This document shows positions 44,744-55,301 of a DNA stretch of 64,000 nt, piece by piece. The stretch's first letter is position 1. Each line of letters starts with the position of its first letter. Both the position numbers and the translations under genes were made by a program. Location of the stretch: contig JAYQJB010000002.1 in assembly GCA_038141925.1 (NCBI GenBank), positions 515,493 through 579,492 of the forward strand, written 5' to 3'. Source of the stretch: Gammaproteobacteria bacterium (GTDB lineage: Bacteria > Pseudomonadota > Gammaproteobacteria > Magnimaribacterales > AG-339-G14). The notes beneath the pieces are model-generated. The model worked only from the letters and a program-made list of their open reading frames with translations, did no database searches and was not told the DNA's origin.

Positions 44744-46030
44744 ATGAAAATCAAAGCAATTAAAGCATTTGAAATCCTTGATTCCAGAGGAACTCCAACA
44801 ATTGCGGCTTTGATAGAGACAGATGATGATTTTAAAGAAATTGGTTTCGTACCATCTGGCGCTTCTACCGGTTCCAGAGAAGCCATAGAAAAAAGAGATG
44901 GCGGTAATAATTTTAATGGCAAAGGAGTTGCGCAGGTTATTAAAAATGCAGAAGAGAATTTATTTCCAGAACTTATTGGTATGAAAATAGGCTCTCAAGT
45001 TGAATTCGATTCAAAACTAATAGAACTGGATGGGACGAAAAATAAAAAAAATTTTGGTGCAAATATTATCCTTTCTCTATCATTGGCTTACTGTAAGTTG
45101 TCAGCAAGTGCAGAAAAAAAGCCTTTATACGAATATATTCATAATTACTTTAGGAAAAATTTTTTTTCAGAAGTAAAAATGAAGATGCCTCTTCCTATGA
45201 TGAACATTCTAAATGGAGGAGCACATGCCAATAATCAGTTAGACTTTCAGGAGTTTATGATTCAGCCAGTTGGGTTCTCTTCCTTTAAAGAAGGTCTCAT
45301 TTGCGGCGTGGAAGTATTTAATTTTTTAAAAAAAACATTGAACAAAAAAGGCTTTTCTACGGCAGTTGGGGATGAAGGTGGATTTGCTCCTAGAATTGAT
45401 TCAGCTGAAGAAGCGCTTGATTTAATATCCAGCTCCATCCAAGAAGCAGGATATGAAGTTGATAAAGATGTAACCTTTGCGTTGGATTGTGCAGCAACAG
45501 AATTGTTAAAAAATAAGGAATATGTTTTTTCAAATAAGGAAAAGTTATCTTCAGATGAATTAATTGAGTATCTTTCCAATTTAGCTGATAAATATCCTAT
45601 TACTTCAGTTGAAGATGGACTCGATGAAAACGATTGGGTTGGATGGGAGAGTCTCACTAAAAAACTTGGTAAGAAGACTCAGTTAGTTGGTGATGATTTA
45701 TTTGTAACAAATAAAGATATTCTTCAAGAGGGCATTGACAGAAATATTGCCAACTCAGTCTTGGTAAAAATTAACCAAATTGGAACAATTTCTGAAACTT
45801 TTGAAACTATATGTTTGGCTTATCAACATAACTATAAGTGCGTAATCTCTCATCGTTCTGGCGAAACAGAAGATAATTTTATTGCCGACTTAGCTGTTGG
45901 TACTGGAGCTGGGCAAATAAAAACTGGCGCACCATCAAGGTCAGATAGAACTTCAAAATATAATAGATTGTTAATGATTGATGCTTTAGAAGATTTAGAA
46001 TTTCTCGGTAGGGAGGAGTTAGTTAATTGA
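44744..46030 (+). CDS. eno: Enolase
   Basis: 428 aa with ILDSRGTPT, SGASTGSREA, SHRSGETED. Confidence 0.97.
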   Translation: MKIKAIKAFEILDSRGTPTIAALIETDDDFKEIGFVPSGASTGSREAIEKRDGGNNFNGKGVAQVIKNAEENLFPELIGMKIGSQVEFDSKLIELDGTKNKKNFGANIILSLSLAYCKLSASAEKKPLYEYIHNYFRKNFFSEVKMKMPLPMMNILNGGAHANNQLDFQEFMIQPVGFSSFKEGLICGVEVFNFLKKTLNKKGFSTAVGDEGGFAPRIDSAEEALDLISSSIQEAGYEVDKDVTFALDCAATELLKNKEYVFSNKEKLSSDELIEYLSNLADKYPITSVEDGLDENDWVGWESLTKKLGKKTQLVGDDLFVTNKDILQEGIDRNIANSVLVKINQIGTISETFETICLAYQHNYKCVISHRSGETEDNFIADLAVGTGAGQIKTGAPSRSDRTSKYNRLLMIDALEDLEFLGREELVN

Positions 46031-46329
46031 TAGACAAAATTAAAAATTATTTGTTTCCCAATGTATTAGTGATACTTATTTTTTTGATTTTATTTTATAT
46101 TATAGGAATCTTCTATGGGAAAAATAGCATTGGTCGGTTAGACAAAATGACACAAGAAAAAATTATTTTAGAAAATAAAATCGTTAAATTGAAGGAAGAC
46201 AATAAAATTGCCAGAATGGAGCTAGATAGTTTTACAAATGATCCTGAAGCTTTAGAGGGTTATGCCCGAAGTAAATTAAATTTGATTAAAAAAGGGGAAG
46301 TTCTCATTGAACTAGTACCAAATGAATGA
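46027..46329 (+). CDS. ftsB: Cell division protein FtsB
   Basis: 100-aa bitopic coiled-coil protein with ...DPEALEGYARSKLNLIKKGE. Sits in the eno-ftsB-ispD context. Confidence 0.75.
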   Translation: MIDKIKNYLFPNVLVILIFLILFYIIGIFYGKNSIGRLDKMTQEKIILENKIVKLKEDNKIARMELDSFTNDPEALEGYARSKLNLIKKGEVLIELVPNE

Positions 46330-47032
46330 ATATGTCGCTTTAATTCCTGCTGCTGGGGTTGGTGCTAGAGCCCAACTCAAACTTGCTAAACAATTCAATA
46401 TAGTAGGAAAAAAAACCATTATTGAATTTGCCATAGATCCTTTTTTGAAAGATGAAAATTGCAAAACTATTTATGTAGTTGTCGCAGAAGATACCGAAGC
46501 TTGGGAGGCTCTATCTATTTCGCAACACAACAAAGTTAAGACTTGCATTGGTGCTTCTACGAGGATGCTATCTGTTTTGAATGGGCTGCAAGAGATTAAA
46601 GAGGATGAAGATAAATCGATATTAGTTGCAGTGCATGATGCTGCAAGACCTTGCTTGCACCTTAAAGATCTTTTGGGCCTAATGAGTAAAGCTCAGGATG
46701 AAATCAAAGAAGATGGGGAAGGATGCTATCTTTCTTACCAGCCAACAGAAAGCGTTAACTTGGTAAAAAATGAAAAAGTACAAAAATCCTTAGATCGAAA
46801 TAACGTTTGGTTGTCAGCAACACCTCAAGTTTTTTGTTTGGAAGATCTGTTGTCAGCTTTAACCAAAGCCAATGATGATGAAAAAGTATTCACTGATGAA
46901 GTAAGCGCTATGCTGCATTATTTTAAAAAAGACATATCCATTTACCCCTGTAACAAAACAAATATTAAGGTGACTAAAAAAGAGGATTTGGAAACAGTAG
47001 AACAATATTTAAAACTTGCTGGCAGAATTTAG
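46322..47032 (+). CDS. ispD: 2-C-methyl-D-erythritol 4-phosphate cytidylyltransferase
   Basis: LIPAAGVGAR and VHDAARPC motifs. Confidence 0.85.
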   Translation: MNEYVALIPAAGVGARAQLKLAKQFNIVGKKTIIEFAIDPFLKDENCKTIYVVVAEDTEAWEALSISQHNKVKTCIGASTRMLSVLNGLQEIKEDEDKSILVAVHDAARPCLHLKDLLGLMSKAQDEIKEDGEGCYLSYQPTESVNLVKNEKVQKSLDRNNVWLSATPQVFCLEDLLSALTKANDDEKVFTDEVSAMLHYFKKDISIYPCNKTNIKVTKKEDLETVEQYLKLAGRI

Positions 47033-47040
47033 TGAATAAT

Positions 47041-47514
47041 ATGAGAATTGGGCAAGGATTTGATGCTCATAAAATCATCAAAGGCTCTAAAGATTTCATC
47101 TTGGGCGGTATCTCAATCGACTCTGAGTATGAGGTCGTTGCTCATTCTGATGGGGATATCATCAGTCATGCAATCATAGATGCCCTTTTAGGTGCTTGTA
47201 AGATGGGTGACATCGGCAAATTGGCACCCTCCAATAAGGAAAACAGGGGTATCTCTAGCATTCATCTCTTGAAAAAAGTTGCCACAATGCTTTTAGAGAC
47301 AGGATACAAGATTGTAAATATTGACCTTACCTATGTTGGAGAAGAGCCTAGGCTGGAGAAATTCAAAAAAAAAATTGAAGAGAATTTAGCTAAAGAGTTA
47401 AAAATGAATCCAAATGATATATCTTGCAAAGCAACGACGACAGACGGTTTAGGTTATGAGGGCGCTCGAGAGGGCATCAGCACTCAAGCGATTGCTCTCG
47501 TTAAGAAGACTTAA
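47041..47514 (+). CDS. ispF: 2-C-methyl-D-erythritol 2,4-cyclodiphosphate synthase
   Basis: MRIGQGFDAHK...HSDGDI..HA..DALLGA. Confidence 0.9.
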   Translation: MRIGQGFDAHKIIKGSKDFILGGISIDSEYEVVAHSDGDIISHAIIDALLGACKMGDIGKLAPSNKENRGISSIHLLKKVATMLLETGYKIVNIDLTYVGEEPRLEKFKKKIEENLAKELKMNPNDISCKATTTDGLGYEGAREGISTQAIALVKKT

Positions 47515-47519
47515 TTTAT

Positions 47520-48201
47520 ATGAAAATAATACTCACCAATGATGACGGATTCGACCATCCTGGTATCAAAGCTCTTTTCAGAGAATTACATGACAAACAC
47601 GAAGTATTTCTTATAGGTCCAGATCAAAATAGAAGCGGATTTAGTAGTGCAATAACTTTTTTGACTCCCTTAAGACACAAAAAATATGCAGATAATATAT
47701 TTAGTCTAAACGGTACACCTGTTGATTGTGTAAAAGTGGCTAGAAACATGCTGTGCCCCTTCGAACCGGAAATAGTCGTTTCTGGAATAAACCCAGGTCC
47801 AAATTTAGGCTCCGATGCGATTTTATCCGGTACCGTTGGGGCTGCTTTAGATGGAAGAAATTTGAAGTATCCTTCAATTGCAGTGTCTGTAGCATCTTTT
47901 GAAATCGATGATTTTTCTTTTCGCTGCAAATTTTGTTGCCAAAGTCTTAGATAATCTAGACAACTTGGAAATGGAAGACTTTCAAATTTTAAACATCAAT
48001 GTACCGGATCATAATGAATTTCCCGATCCTGAAATTAAAATCACTAAAACTTTCCTCAATGAGGAAGAAGGTGAGAAGAATCTTGATGTATCCGATAGAA
48101 AGAATTTGGAAGATGGATTCATTTCAATTTCTCCAATTAAGATAGACATGCATTCCAACTCTCAACAACAGGTAGTTGCAGACTGGGCAAAAAATTTATA
48201 G
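47520..48201 (+). CDS. surE: 5'/3'-nucleotidase SurE (frameshift near 47915)
   Basis: MKIILTNDDGFDHPGI...SGINPGPNLG. The C-terminal part is in the second frame. Confidence 0.85.
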
Positions 48202-48206
48202 ATCAA

Positions 48207-48864
48207 TTGAATTTTGAATTTGCCAGAAAAGAATTAACCAGAGAACTATCTCAAAAGGGCATTAAAGATCCGAGAGTGCTAGAAGCCATCTACCAAATTC
48301 CGCGACATGAATTTATCGATGCAACTTTTACTTCTAGAGCTTACCAGGATATGTCCTTACCAATTGGTCATCAACAAACTATTTCACAACCTTTTGTTGT
48401 AGCAAAAATGACAGAACTTTTGATTCAAGGAAATATCTTAGACCAAAAACCTTTAGGAGCAGTTTTGGAGATCGGCACTGGCTGTGGGTACCAAACAGCA
48501 ATACTTGCCAGATTTTGCAGAAAAGTATTTTCTTTAGAAAGAATCGAAGCCCTATCACTTCGGGCAGATAATAATTTAAAGAAAGTTGGTGTAGACAATT
48601 ACCAATTACGTTGGTCTGACGGTACTTTAGGCTGGCCAACCCCAAAAAAATTTGATGCCATCATTTGTACAGCAGCAATTTCACAAGTTCCAAAAAAATT
48701 AAAAACTCAACTTGAGGTGCATGGCAAGCTTATTTGCCCCGTTGGCGATGGGAAGACACAACATTTACTACTCTTAGAAAAAAAAATCTAAAGGTGAATT
48801 TCATGAAACTATTTTAGATTCTGTGTTATTTGTTCCTATGCTTGAGGGAAAGGTTTCTGAATAG
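48207..48864 (+). CDS. pcm: Protein-L-isoaspartate O-methyltransferase (frameshift in A9 48778-48786)
   Basis: ...ISQPFVVAKM..., EIGTGCGYQTA. The shifted tail ...SVLFVPMLEG matches the family C-terminus. Confidence 0.85.
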
Positions 48865-48866
48865 CT

Positions 48867-49193
48867 TTATTCAAGGATTAATACATCAATTTTATTTGTT
48901 TTTTCCTTCCACTCCTCGTGATCTGGCATGGGATCTTTTGCCTCAGTAATGTTAGGCCAAATCTTTGAATATTTTTCATTTATTTCAATAAATTCTATTT
49001 GATCAGCTGGAACTTCGTCTTCTGCATAAATGGCTTCAATGGGGCACTCAGGTTCACACAAACCGCAATCGATGCATTCGTCAGGATTGATGACTAAAGT
49101 ATTTTCTCCTTCATAGAAACAATCTACAGGACATACTTCGACACAATCGGTGTGCTTACAATTGATGCATCCTTGGCCAACAATAAAAGTCAT
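48867..49193 (-). CDS. fdxA: 7Fe (3Fe-4S + 4Fe-4S) ferredoxin
   Basis: [29 protein letters not shown]...[12 protein letters not shown]. Confidence 0.85.
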   Translation of the reverse strand: MTFIVGQGCINCKHTDCVEVCPVDCFYEGENTLVINPDECIDCGLCEPECPIEAIYAEDEVPADQIEFIEINEKYSKIWPNITEAKDPMPDHEEWKEKTNKIDVLILE

Positions 49194-49215
49194 TAATCAA
49201 TTATAATTTAAATTG

Positions 49216-49704
49216 ATGATTTCTAATGACGAATTACAAGATTTAGCTATAAAGATAGGTCAGCTATTAACTGAGTCAAAGAAAAGTGTTTCTACAGCAG
49301 AATCTTGTACAGGAGGCTGGATCGGAAAGGAATTTACAGGCATACCAGGCAGTTCAAAATGGTATGGGTTTGGGTTTATCACATACTCTAATAAGGCAAA
49401 GCTAAAAACTCTTGGCGTTAGCAAAGATACTCTTTTAGAGGAGGGAGCTGTAAGTGAAAAAGTTGTGAAGGAAATGGCAGAAGGAGCTATAAAAAATAGT
49501 GGTTCAGATTTTTCAATTTCAATAAGCGGTATAGCAGGACCTACTGGAGGAACACATGACAAGCCGGTTGGTACGGTATGTTTTGGAATTGGTACTAAAA
49601 CTGAAATAACTTGCTTCACTAAAGTTTTTGAAGGAAATCGCGACGAAGTTAGAAAACAGAGTGTAGCTTTTGCTTTAAAAGAGTTATTAAAATGTTTGCA
49701 ATAA
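49216..49704 (+). CDS. pncC: Nicotinamide-nucleotide amidase (CinA C-terminal domain protein)
   Basis: ...TAESCTGGW...SISGIAGPTGG. Lies upstream of recA as in many Proteobacteria. Confidence 0.8.
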   Translation: MISNDELQDLAIKIGQLLTESKKSVSTAESCTGGWIGKEFTGIPGSSKWYGFGFITYSNKAKLKTLGVSKDTLLEEGAVSEKVVKEMAEGAIKNSGSDFSISISGIAGPTGGTHDKPVGTVCFGIGTKTEITCFTKVFEGNRDEVRKQSVAFALKELLKCLQ

Positions 49705-49723
49705 TTTTTAATATATTGTTAAA

Positions 49724-49743
49724 TACTGTATAAATATACAGTT
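49724..49743 (+). promoter_or_regulatory. LexA (SOS) box TACTGTATAAATATACAGTT
   Basis: A perfect CTGT-N8-ACAG palindrome, 5 nt upstream of the recA ATG region. Confidence 0.75.
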
Positions 49744-49748
49744 TTATT

Positions 49749-50774
49749 ATGCCTACAAGAAAAACAAAAAAAGACGATACAGCATCACCAGAAAAAGGAA
49801 AATCCCTAGAAACAGCCATCTCTCAGATTGAGACCCAATTTGGTCCTGGAACCATCATGAGAATGGGCGAAAGAGAAGTTCAGAGTATTCCAAGTATTTC
49901 TACAGGTTCATTAGGATTGGATTTGGCACTTGGCATAATGGGCTTGCCTAAAGGTAGAGTAGTTGAGATTTTTGGTCCCGAATCTTCAGGAAAAACAACT
50001 TTGACTTTGCAAGTTATAGCCGAGTGCCAGAAACAAGGAGGAACCGCGGCATTTATAGATGCAGAGCATGCTTTAGATCCAGTTTATGCAGAAAAAATTG
50101 GAGTAAAAATAGATGACTTGCTCCTTTCTCAGCCTGACACAGGCGAACAAGCTCTAGAAGTTGCCGACATAATGGTTAAATCTGGCGGAATAGATGTTTT
50201 AGTTATTGATTCTGTAGCCGCATTAGTACCCCGAGCCGAAATTGAAGGTGAAATGGGAGATCATCACGTCGGCCTTCAAGCTAGACTCATGTCTCAAGCA
50301 CTTAGAAAAATAACCGGTAGTATAAAAAAATCAAATACTCTTGTTATATTTATTAATCAAATTCGAATGAAAATCGGTGTAATGTTTGGCAGTCCTGAGA
50401 CTACTTCTGGTGGTAATGCTTTGAAGTTTTATTCTTCTGTGAGATTGGATATTAGAAGAATCGGCACAGTTAAAGACGGCGACGAAGTTGCAGGAAATGA
50501 AACCAGAGTTAAGGTTGTTAAAAATAAAGTTTCACCTCCATTCAGACAAGCTGAATTTCAAATTCTTTACAACAAAGGAATTAACCGTGCTGGAGAAATT
50601 CTCGATATTGGAGTTGAAAAAAAAATCGTTGAGAAGGCAGGTGCTTGGTACGCTTACGATGGTGAAAAAATTGGTCAGGGCAAGATTAATGCTAGTCAGT
50701 GGTTAAAAGATAACCCCAATATAGCTAAGAAAATAGAAAAACAAATTACAGACTCAATCAAAGAGACCCAATAA
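49749..50774 (+). CDS. recA: Recombinase RecA
   Basis: 341 aa with [10 protein letters not shown] and ...[29 protein letters not shown]... Confidence 0.98.
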   Translation: MPTRKTKKDDTASPEKGKSLETAISQIETQFGPGTIMRMGEREVQSIPSISTGSLGLDLALGIMGLPKGRVVEIFGPESSGKTTLTLQVIAECQKQGGTAAFIDAEHALDPVYAEKIGVKIDDLLLSQPDTGEQALEVADIMVKSGGIDVLVIDSVAALVPRAEIEGEMGDHHVGLQARLMSQALRKITGSIKKSNTLVIFINQIRMKIGVMFGSPETTSGGNALKFYSSVRLDIRRIGTVKDGDEVAGNETRVKVVKNKVSPPFRQAEFQILYNKGINRAGEILDIGVEKKIVEKAGAWYAYDGEKIGQGKINASQWLKDNPNIAKKIEKQITDSIKETQ

Positions 50775-52029
50775 GTCTTTTTCAGTTATTTCAGATTTTG
50801 CCTGATCTTTTCTGTTAATTATTTCGATCAAGCCATTTTCAACGTTCTTTTCGCTAATGACTATTTGATAAGGATTCCCCATCAAATTGGAATCAGAAAA
50901 TTTGTTACCTGGAGAGGCATCTCTATCATCATAAAAGACATCTACATTGTTATTTATTAGGTAAGAGTAAATTTCTTTAGCTTTCTTTTTTACTATCTCT
51001 GATTTCTTTTCATTGATTGAAATTAAGGAACAATCAAAAGCAGAAATATTTTTTGGAAAAATAATTCCTTCACTGTCATGATTTTGCTCAATAGTGGCTG
51101 CAACAATTCTTGAAACTCCAATTCCATAACAGCCCATTTCTAAAATTTTTTGACTATTATCATGTTGGACACTAAGACCCATAGCCTTACTATATTTATT
51201 GCCTAGTTCAAATATATGTCCTACCTCAATCCCTTTTTTATTTGTAAGTTTGCCATGGTCAATATCAATATAAGATAGATCATTATTTTCAATTTTTTTC
51301 AATTTCTGTTTTTAAAGATTCATCCAATAATTCAATGTTTGATGAAAAATCTTTATCGTTAAATACCAATGTATCTTCACCAGAATCAGCTAAGACATGA
51401 AATTCTTCAGACATATTCCCACCAATTGCTCCAGAATCAGCTTTCACAATCTTGTAATCAAAGCCAATCTCATCAAATATCTTCTGGTAACACTCCTTCA
51501 TAGATTGATAGCTTTTGCTCATCCCTTCTTCATCAAGATCAAATGAATAAGCATCTTTCATTAAGAACTCCCTGCCTCGCATTACCCCAAATCTAGGTCT
51601 AATTTCATCTCTGAATTTTGTTTGTATTTGATAAAAAGTTTTAGGCAGATCTTTATGACTTTGCAGTTCTTGACGACATATATCGGTAATGACTTCTTCA
51701 TGAGTAGGTCCAAGGTAAAATGCTCGTTCATTTCGATCTAAAAAACCTAAAAGTTCTGGACCCATTTGCTCTGACCTTTTTGTTTCGTCCCACAGCGATT
51801 TTGGTTGAACCATTGGCATGAAGACTTCTAAGCAACCATATTCATTCATATTCCTTCTAATAATAGATTCGACCTTATTTAGAATCTTTAATCCCAGAGG
51901 CATCCAAGAATATATACCAGAAGCTAATGGCTTTATCATATTGCTTCTGATCATAAGTTTATGGCTTATGAGTTCTGCATCTTTTGGGGCTTCTTTTTGA
52001 GTTTTATAGTGAAATGAGGAAGCTTTCAT
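50754..52029 (-). CDS. proS: Prolyl-tRNA synthetase, short form without INS editing domain (frameshift in T7 51293-51299)
   Basis: The N-terminal part carries class II motifs (…[20 protein letters not shown]…). The C-terminal part carries [24 protein letters not shown] and the anticodon-binding domain. About 424 aa in total. Confidence 0.85.
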
Positions 52030-52099
52030 TTAAAATATAAATTAATATTCGGCTTTAAAAATCAATAATACTAAAAAAAGATGCTTACAGTGAGGAATA

Positions 52100-52381
52100 A
52101 TGCCTATTTATGAGTACCAATGCAGTAAATGCGGCAAAATATTTGAAAGAATTATTTCTGTAGCAGATTCCACAAAATCTGTTTTTTGTGATTGCTCGCC
52201 AAAAGCAAAGGCTAAAAAAATTATTTCAGCGCCATCATTTCGTTTAGAAGGATCAGGTTGGTATGAAACTGACTTTAAGACAGGTAATAAAAAAAATCTT
52301 GTACAATCAGATGATAAAAGTAAAAAAACATCTAAGGAACCAAAAAAAACAGAAAACTCAAAACCTGCTAAAAAAGATTAA
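52100..52381 (+). CDS. FmdB-family zinc-ribbon protein
   Basis: MPIYEYQCSKCGKIFE...CxC, followed by a Lys-rich tail. Confidence 0.7.
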   Translation: MPIYEYQCSKCGKIFERIISVADSTKSVFCDCSPKAKAKKIISAPSFRLEGSGWYETDFKTGNKKNLVQSDDKSKKTSKEPKKTENSKPAKKD

Positions 52382-52395
52382 ATAATCTTTCTATT

Positions 52396-54159
52396 ATGGA
52401 ACGTACTCAAATAAAAAATATTTCTAATAAAGATATTGATTCTTCCTTTCTTATTTCTGGATGGGTTGAAAAGGTCAGGGATCATGGCGGTGTCATATTT
52501 TTAGATATCAGAGACTCATCTGGATTAATGCAAGTTGTTGTTGAGCCGAACGATAAAGAGCTATTCAAAAAGTCGGAATCAATAAGAATGTCTTATGTTC
52601 TTGAAGTTAATGGAATTCTAAGAAAAAGACCTAAAGGAACAATTAATGAGTCATTGGCTTCTGGAGAACTAGAACTGGTTTCAAAAGAAATCGATATCCT
52701 TTCCAAAAGCAAACCCTTGCCTTTTCAGCTAGATGAACATGCAAAAGTTGGCGAAGAGGTTAGGCTCAAATACCGTTACTTGGATTTGCGAAGACCGGAA
52801 ATGCAATCAAATCTAAAAATCAGATCGCAAGTAAATCATATCGTCAGAAGTCATCTCATTGATGATGAGTTTGTTGAAATTGAAACTCCAATGATGGCTA
52901 GGGCTACTCCGGAAGGAGCTAGAGATTTTCTTGTTCCAAGCAGGCTTTACAATCAAAAGTTTTATGCGCTCACTCAGTCACCACAGCTTTTCAAACAAAT
53001 GTTGATGATTGGAGGTTTTGAAAAATATTTTCAAATTGTCAGATGCTTTCGTGATGAGGACACACGAAAAGATAGGCAGCCAGAATTCACTCAATTGGAT
53101 ATCGAATTGTCTTTTATTTCAGAAGAAGAAATTCTTAAGATCTCTGAAAGCCTTATTAAAAGAATTTTTTTTGAAACTTTAAATATTGAGTTTGATGATT
53201 TCCAAAAAATTAAATATCAAGAAGCAATAAAGGATTATGGCTCAGATAAACCTGACTTAAGAAATCCTTTAAAGCTTGTTGATGTAAAAGATATTTTTGA
53301 AAATTCTTCATTTAAGGTTTTTGCCGATCCTGCCAAGAATGAAAAGGCAAGAATTGTTGCTCTTAAAATTGAACAAGAAATAAGCAGAAATAAAATAGAT
53401 GAGTACACTAAATTTGTCGGTAATTTTGGAGCAAAAGGACTAGCCTATATAAAAGTAAATGATTCTGCTGATCTAGAAAATGGGCTTCAGTCTCCAATTC
53501 TTAAGTTCCTTTCTGAAGAAGAGATTTCTAGTTTAGCTGATAGGCTAGAACTGAGTTCTGGAGACACTGTTTTTTTTGGTGCCGACCACAGAAATGTTGT
53601 GAATGATTCAATTGGCTCATTGAGAGAAAAACTAGGCGAGGATTTTAACTTAATTGATAAAGAGGCTTTTAAATTCGGATGGATAACAGACTTTCCTTTA
53701 TTTGAAGAGGATATTCAAGGGAACTTATCTCCATCACACCATCCTTTTACTGCTACTCAAGGAGGGCTCAAAGAACTAAAGAAAGATCCAGCAAATGCTG
53801 TTGCAAAAGCATATGACCTTATTTTGAATGGCAGTGAAATTGGAGGCGGTTCTTTGAGAATTAACAATTTAGATGAACAATTGGAAGTGTTATCAATTTT
53901 AGGAATAGATCAAAAAGAAGCGGATGAAAAATTTGGTTTCTTTTTAGAAGCTTTGTCCTATGGATGTCCTCCTCATGGCGGAATTGCTTTTGGATTAGAT
54001 CGTTTGATTATGTTGCTTTGTAAACAAGAATCCATCAGGGATGTAATTGCTTTTCCAAAGACCCAATCAGCAACTTGCTTGCTTTCCGATGCTCCGAGTT
54101 TAATTGATCAAGATCAATTAGATATGCTTTCCATAAAAGTTCTTGAAGAGGATAAATAG
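52396..54159 (+). CDS. aspS: Aspartyl-tRNA synthetase (bacterial type)
   Basis: 587 aa with FLDIRD, ...[11 protein letters not shown]..., [38 protein letters not shown]. Confidence 0.95.
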   Translation: MERTQIKNISNKDIDSSFLISGWVEKVRDHGGVIFLDIRDSSGLMQVVVEPNDKELFKKSESIRMSYVLEVNGILRKRPKGTINESLASGELELVSKEIDILSKSKPLPFQLDEHAKVGEEVRLKYRYLDLRRPEMQSNLKIRSQVNHIVRSHLIDDEFVEIETPMMARATPEGARDFLVPSRLYNQKFYALTQSPQLFKQMLMIGGFEKYFQIVRCFRDEDTRKDRQPEFTQLDIELSFISEEEILKISESLIKRIFFETLNIEFDDFQKIKYQEAIKDYGSDKPDLRNPLKLVDVKDIFENSSFKVFADPAKNEKARIVALKIEQEISRNKIDEYTKFVGNFGAKGLAYIKVNDSADLENGLQSPILKFLSEEEISSLADRLELSSGDTVFFGADHRNVVNDSIGSLREKLGEDFNLIDKEAFKFGWITDFPLFEEDIQGNLSPSHHPFTATQGGLKELKKDPANAVAKAYDLILNGSEIGGGSLRINNLDEQLEVLSILGIDQKEADEKFGFFLEALSYGCPPHGGIAFGLDRLIMLLCKQESIRDVIAFPKTQSATCLLSDAPSLIDQDQLDMLSIKVLEEDK

Positions 54160-54894
54160 TGGCAGGACATTCTAAGTGGGCCAACATAAAGCATCGCAAA
54201 GGTCGTCAAGATGAAAAAAGACAAAAAGTTTTCTCGAAACTTATCAGAGAGCTTACCGTTGCTGCTAAATTGGGAGGACCTGAGCCAGGAGATAATCCTA
54301 GATTAAGACTGGCTCTAGACAAGGCGCTTGGGGCCAAATATGCCAAAAGATACAATAGAAAGAGCCATAGCAAGAGGTTCTGGAGATCAGGAAGCAGAAA
54401 ATTTAGAAGAAACCATTTATGAAGGCTATGGTCCCAATGGGGTTGCCATTATAGTTGAAACTTTGACGGACAATAAAAATAGAACGGTTGCTGAAGTTAG
54501 ACACGCTTTTTCTAAGTATGGAGGAAGTTTAGGTACCGACGGGTCTGTAGCATATTTATTTACTAAAGTTGGTCAGATAGTTGTTGAAAATACTGATGAG
54601 GAAAAAATATTTGATGTTTCTGTATCGAATGGTGCAGAAGAAGTAGAACAGGGTGACGAAGATAATCTCATCATCTCTGTTGAAGCCGAAGAATTTCATA
54701 ATCTTAAAAATGTCCTCGAACAGAATGAAATCAAAATCAACCAATACGAGTTGATTATGAAAGCATCAAATAGCGTTGAGCTTGATGATGAAGCTTCTGA
54801 AAAAGTCATCAATCTTCTTGAAAGTCTTGAAGATTTGGATGATGTACAAAATGTTCATTCCAATGCTGAATTTTCTGAAGGGAGCTTTGCTTGA
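54159..54894 (+). CDS. yebC: YebC/PmpR-family transcriptional regulator (frameshift near 54335)
   Basis: GTG start. [15 protein letters not shown]... then ...[11 protein letters not shown]...[10 protein letters not shown]. About 244 aa. Confidence 0.85.
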
Positions 54895-55301
54895 TGACGA
54901 ATTCAAGAAATAAGGGAGCATCATTTGAAAGAGAAATTGCAAATGCATTGAATGATTATTTGGAATTAAAAAAACCATTAAAAAGAATATTAGAACAAAC
55001 TCGAGAAAAACATCTTCCGGATCTTATCCTTGGTAATTGGTATATTGAATGCAAGAGATATGGGCAAGGCGCAGAACCTCTTGAAGGCTGGTGGGATCAA
55101 GTGATTGCTGCAACTCCAGAAGATAGCCATCCAGCTTTGATTTATAAATTTAATCACAGGCCTATTAAGGTGAGAGTTCCACTCCATACTGTGAACGATA
55201 ATCTTCCTAAAAATTTTAATAATACATGTGATTTTTCTTTAGAGAGCTTCATAGTTTTACTTAAATCTCTCTTTGAAGAAGATATAAAAAGCCATCTTTA
55301 A
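54894..55301 (+). CDS. Hjc-like PD-(D/E)XK nuclease (putative Holliday-junction resolvase) in the ruvC position
   Basis: 135 aa. Carries NKGASFEREIANAL... then ...PDLILGNWYIECKR, i.e. a KG..FERE / D...E.K arrangement like archaeal Hjc. Stop/start overlaps with both yebC and ybgC. Confidence 0.5.
   Translation: MTNSRNKGASFEREIANALNDYLELKKPLKRILEQTREKHLPDLILGNWYIECKRYGQGAEPLEGWWDQVIAATPEDSHPALIYKFNHRPIKVRVPLHTVNDNLPKNFNNTCDFSLESFIVLLKSLFEEDIKSHL

Noticed and set aside
54894-55301. The Hjc-like gene as a marker of a prophage or genomic island
   Set aside because: It is a single gene chained to yebC and ybgC by overlapping stop/start codons. There are no integrase, att-like repeats, adjacent tRNA, or obvious compositional shift by eye.
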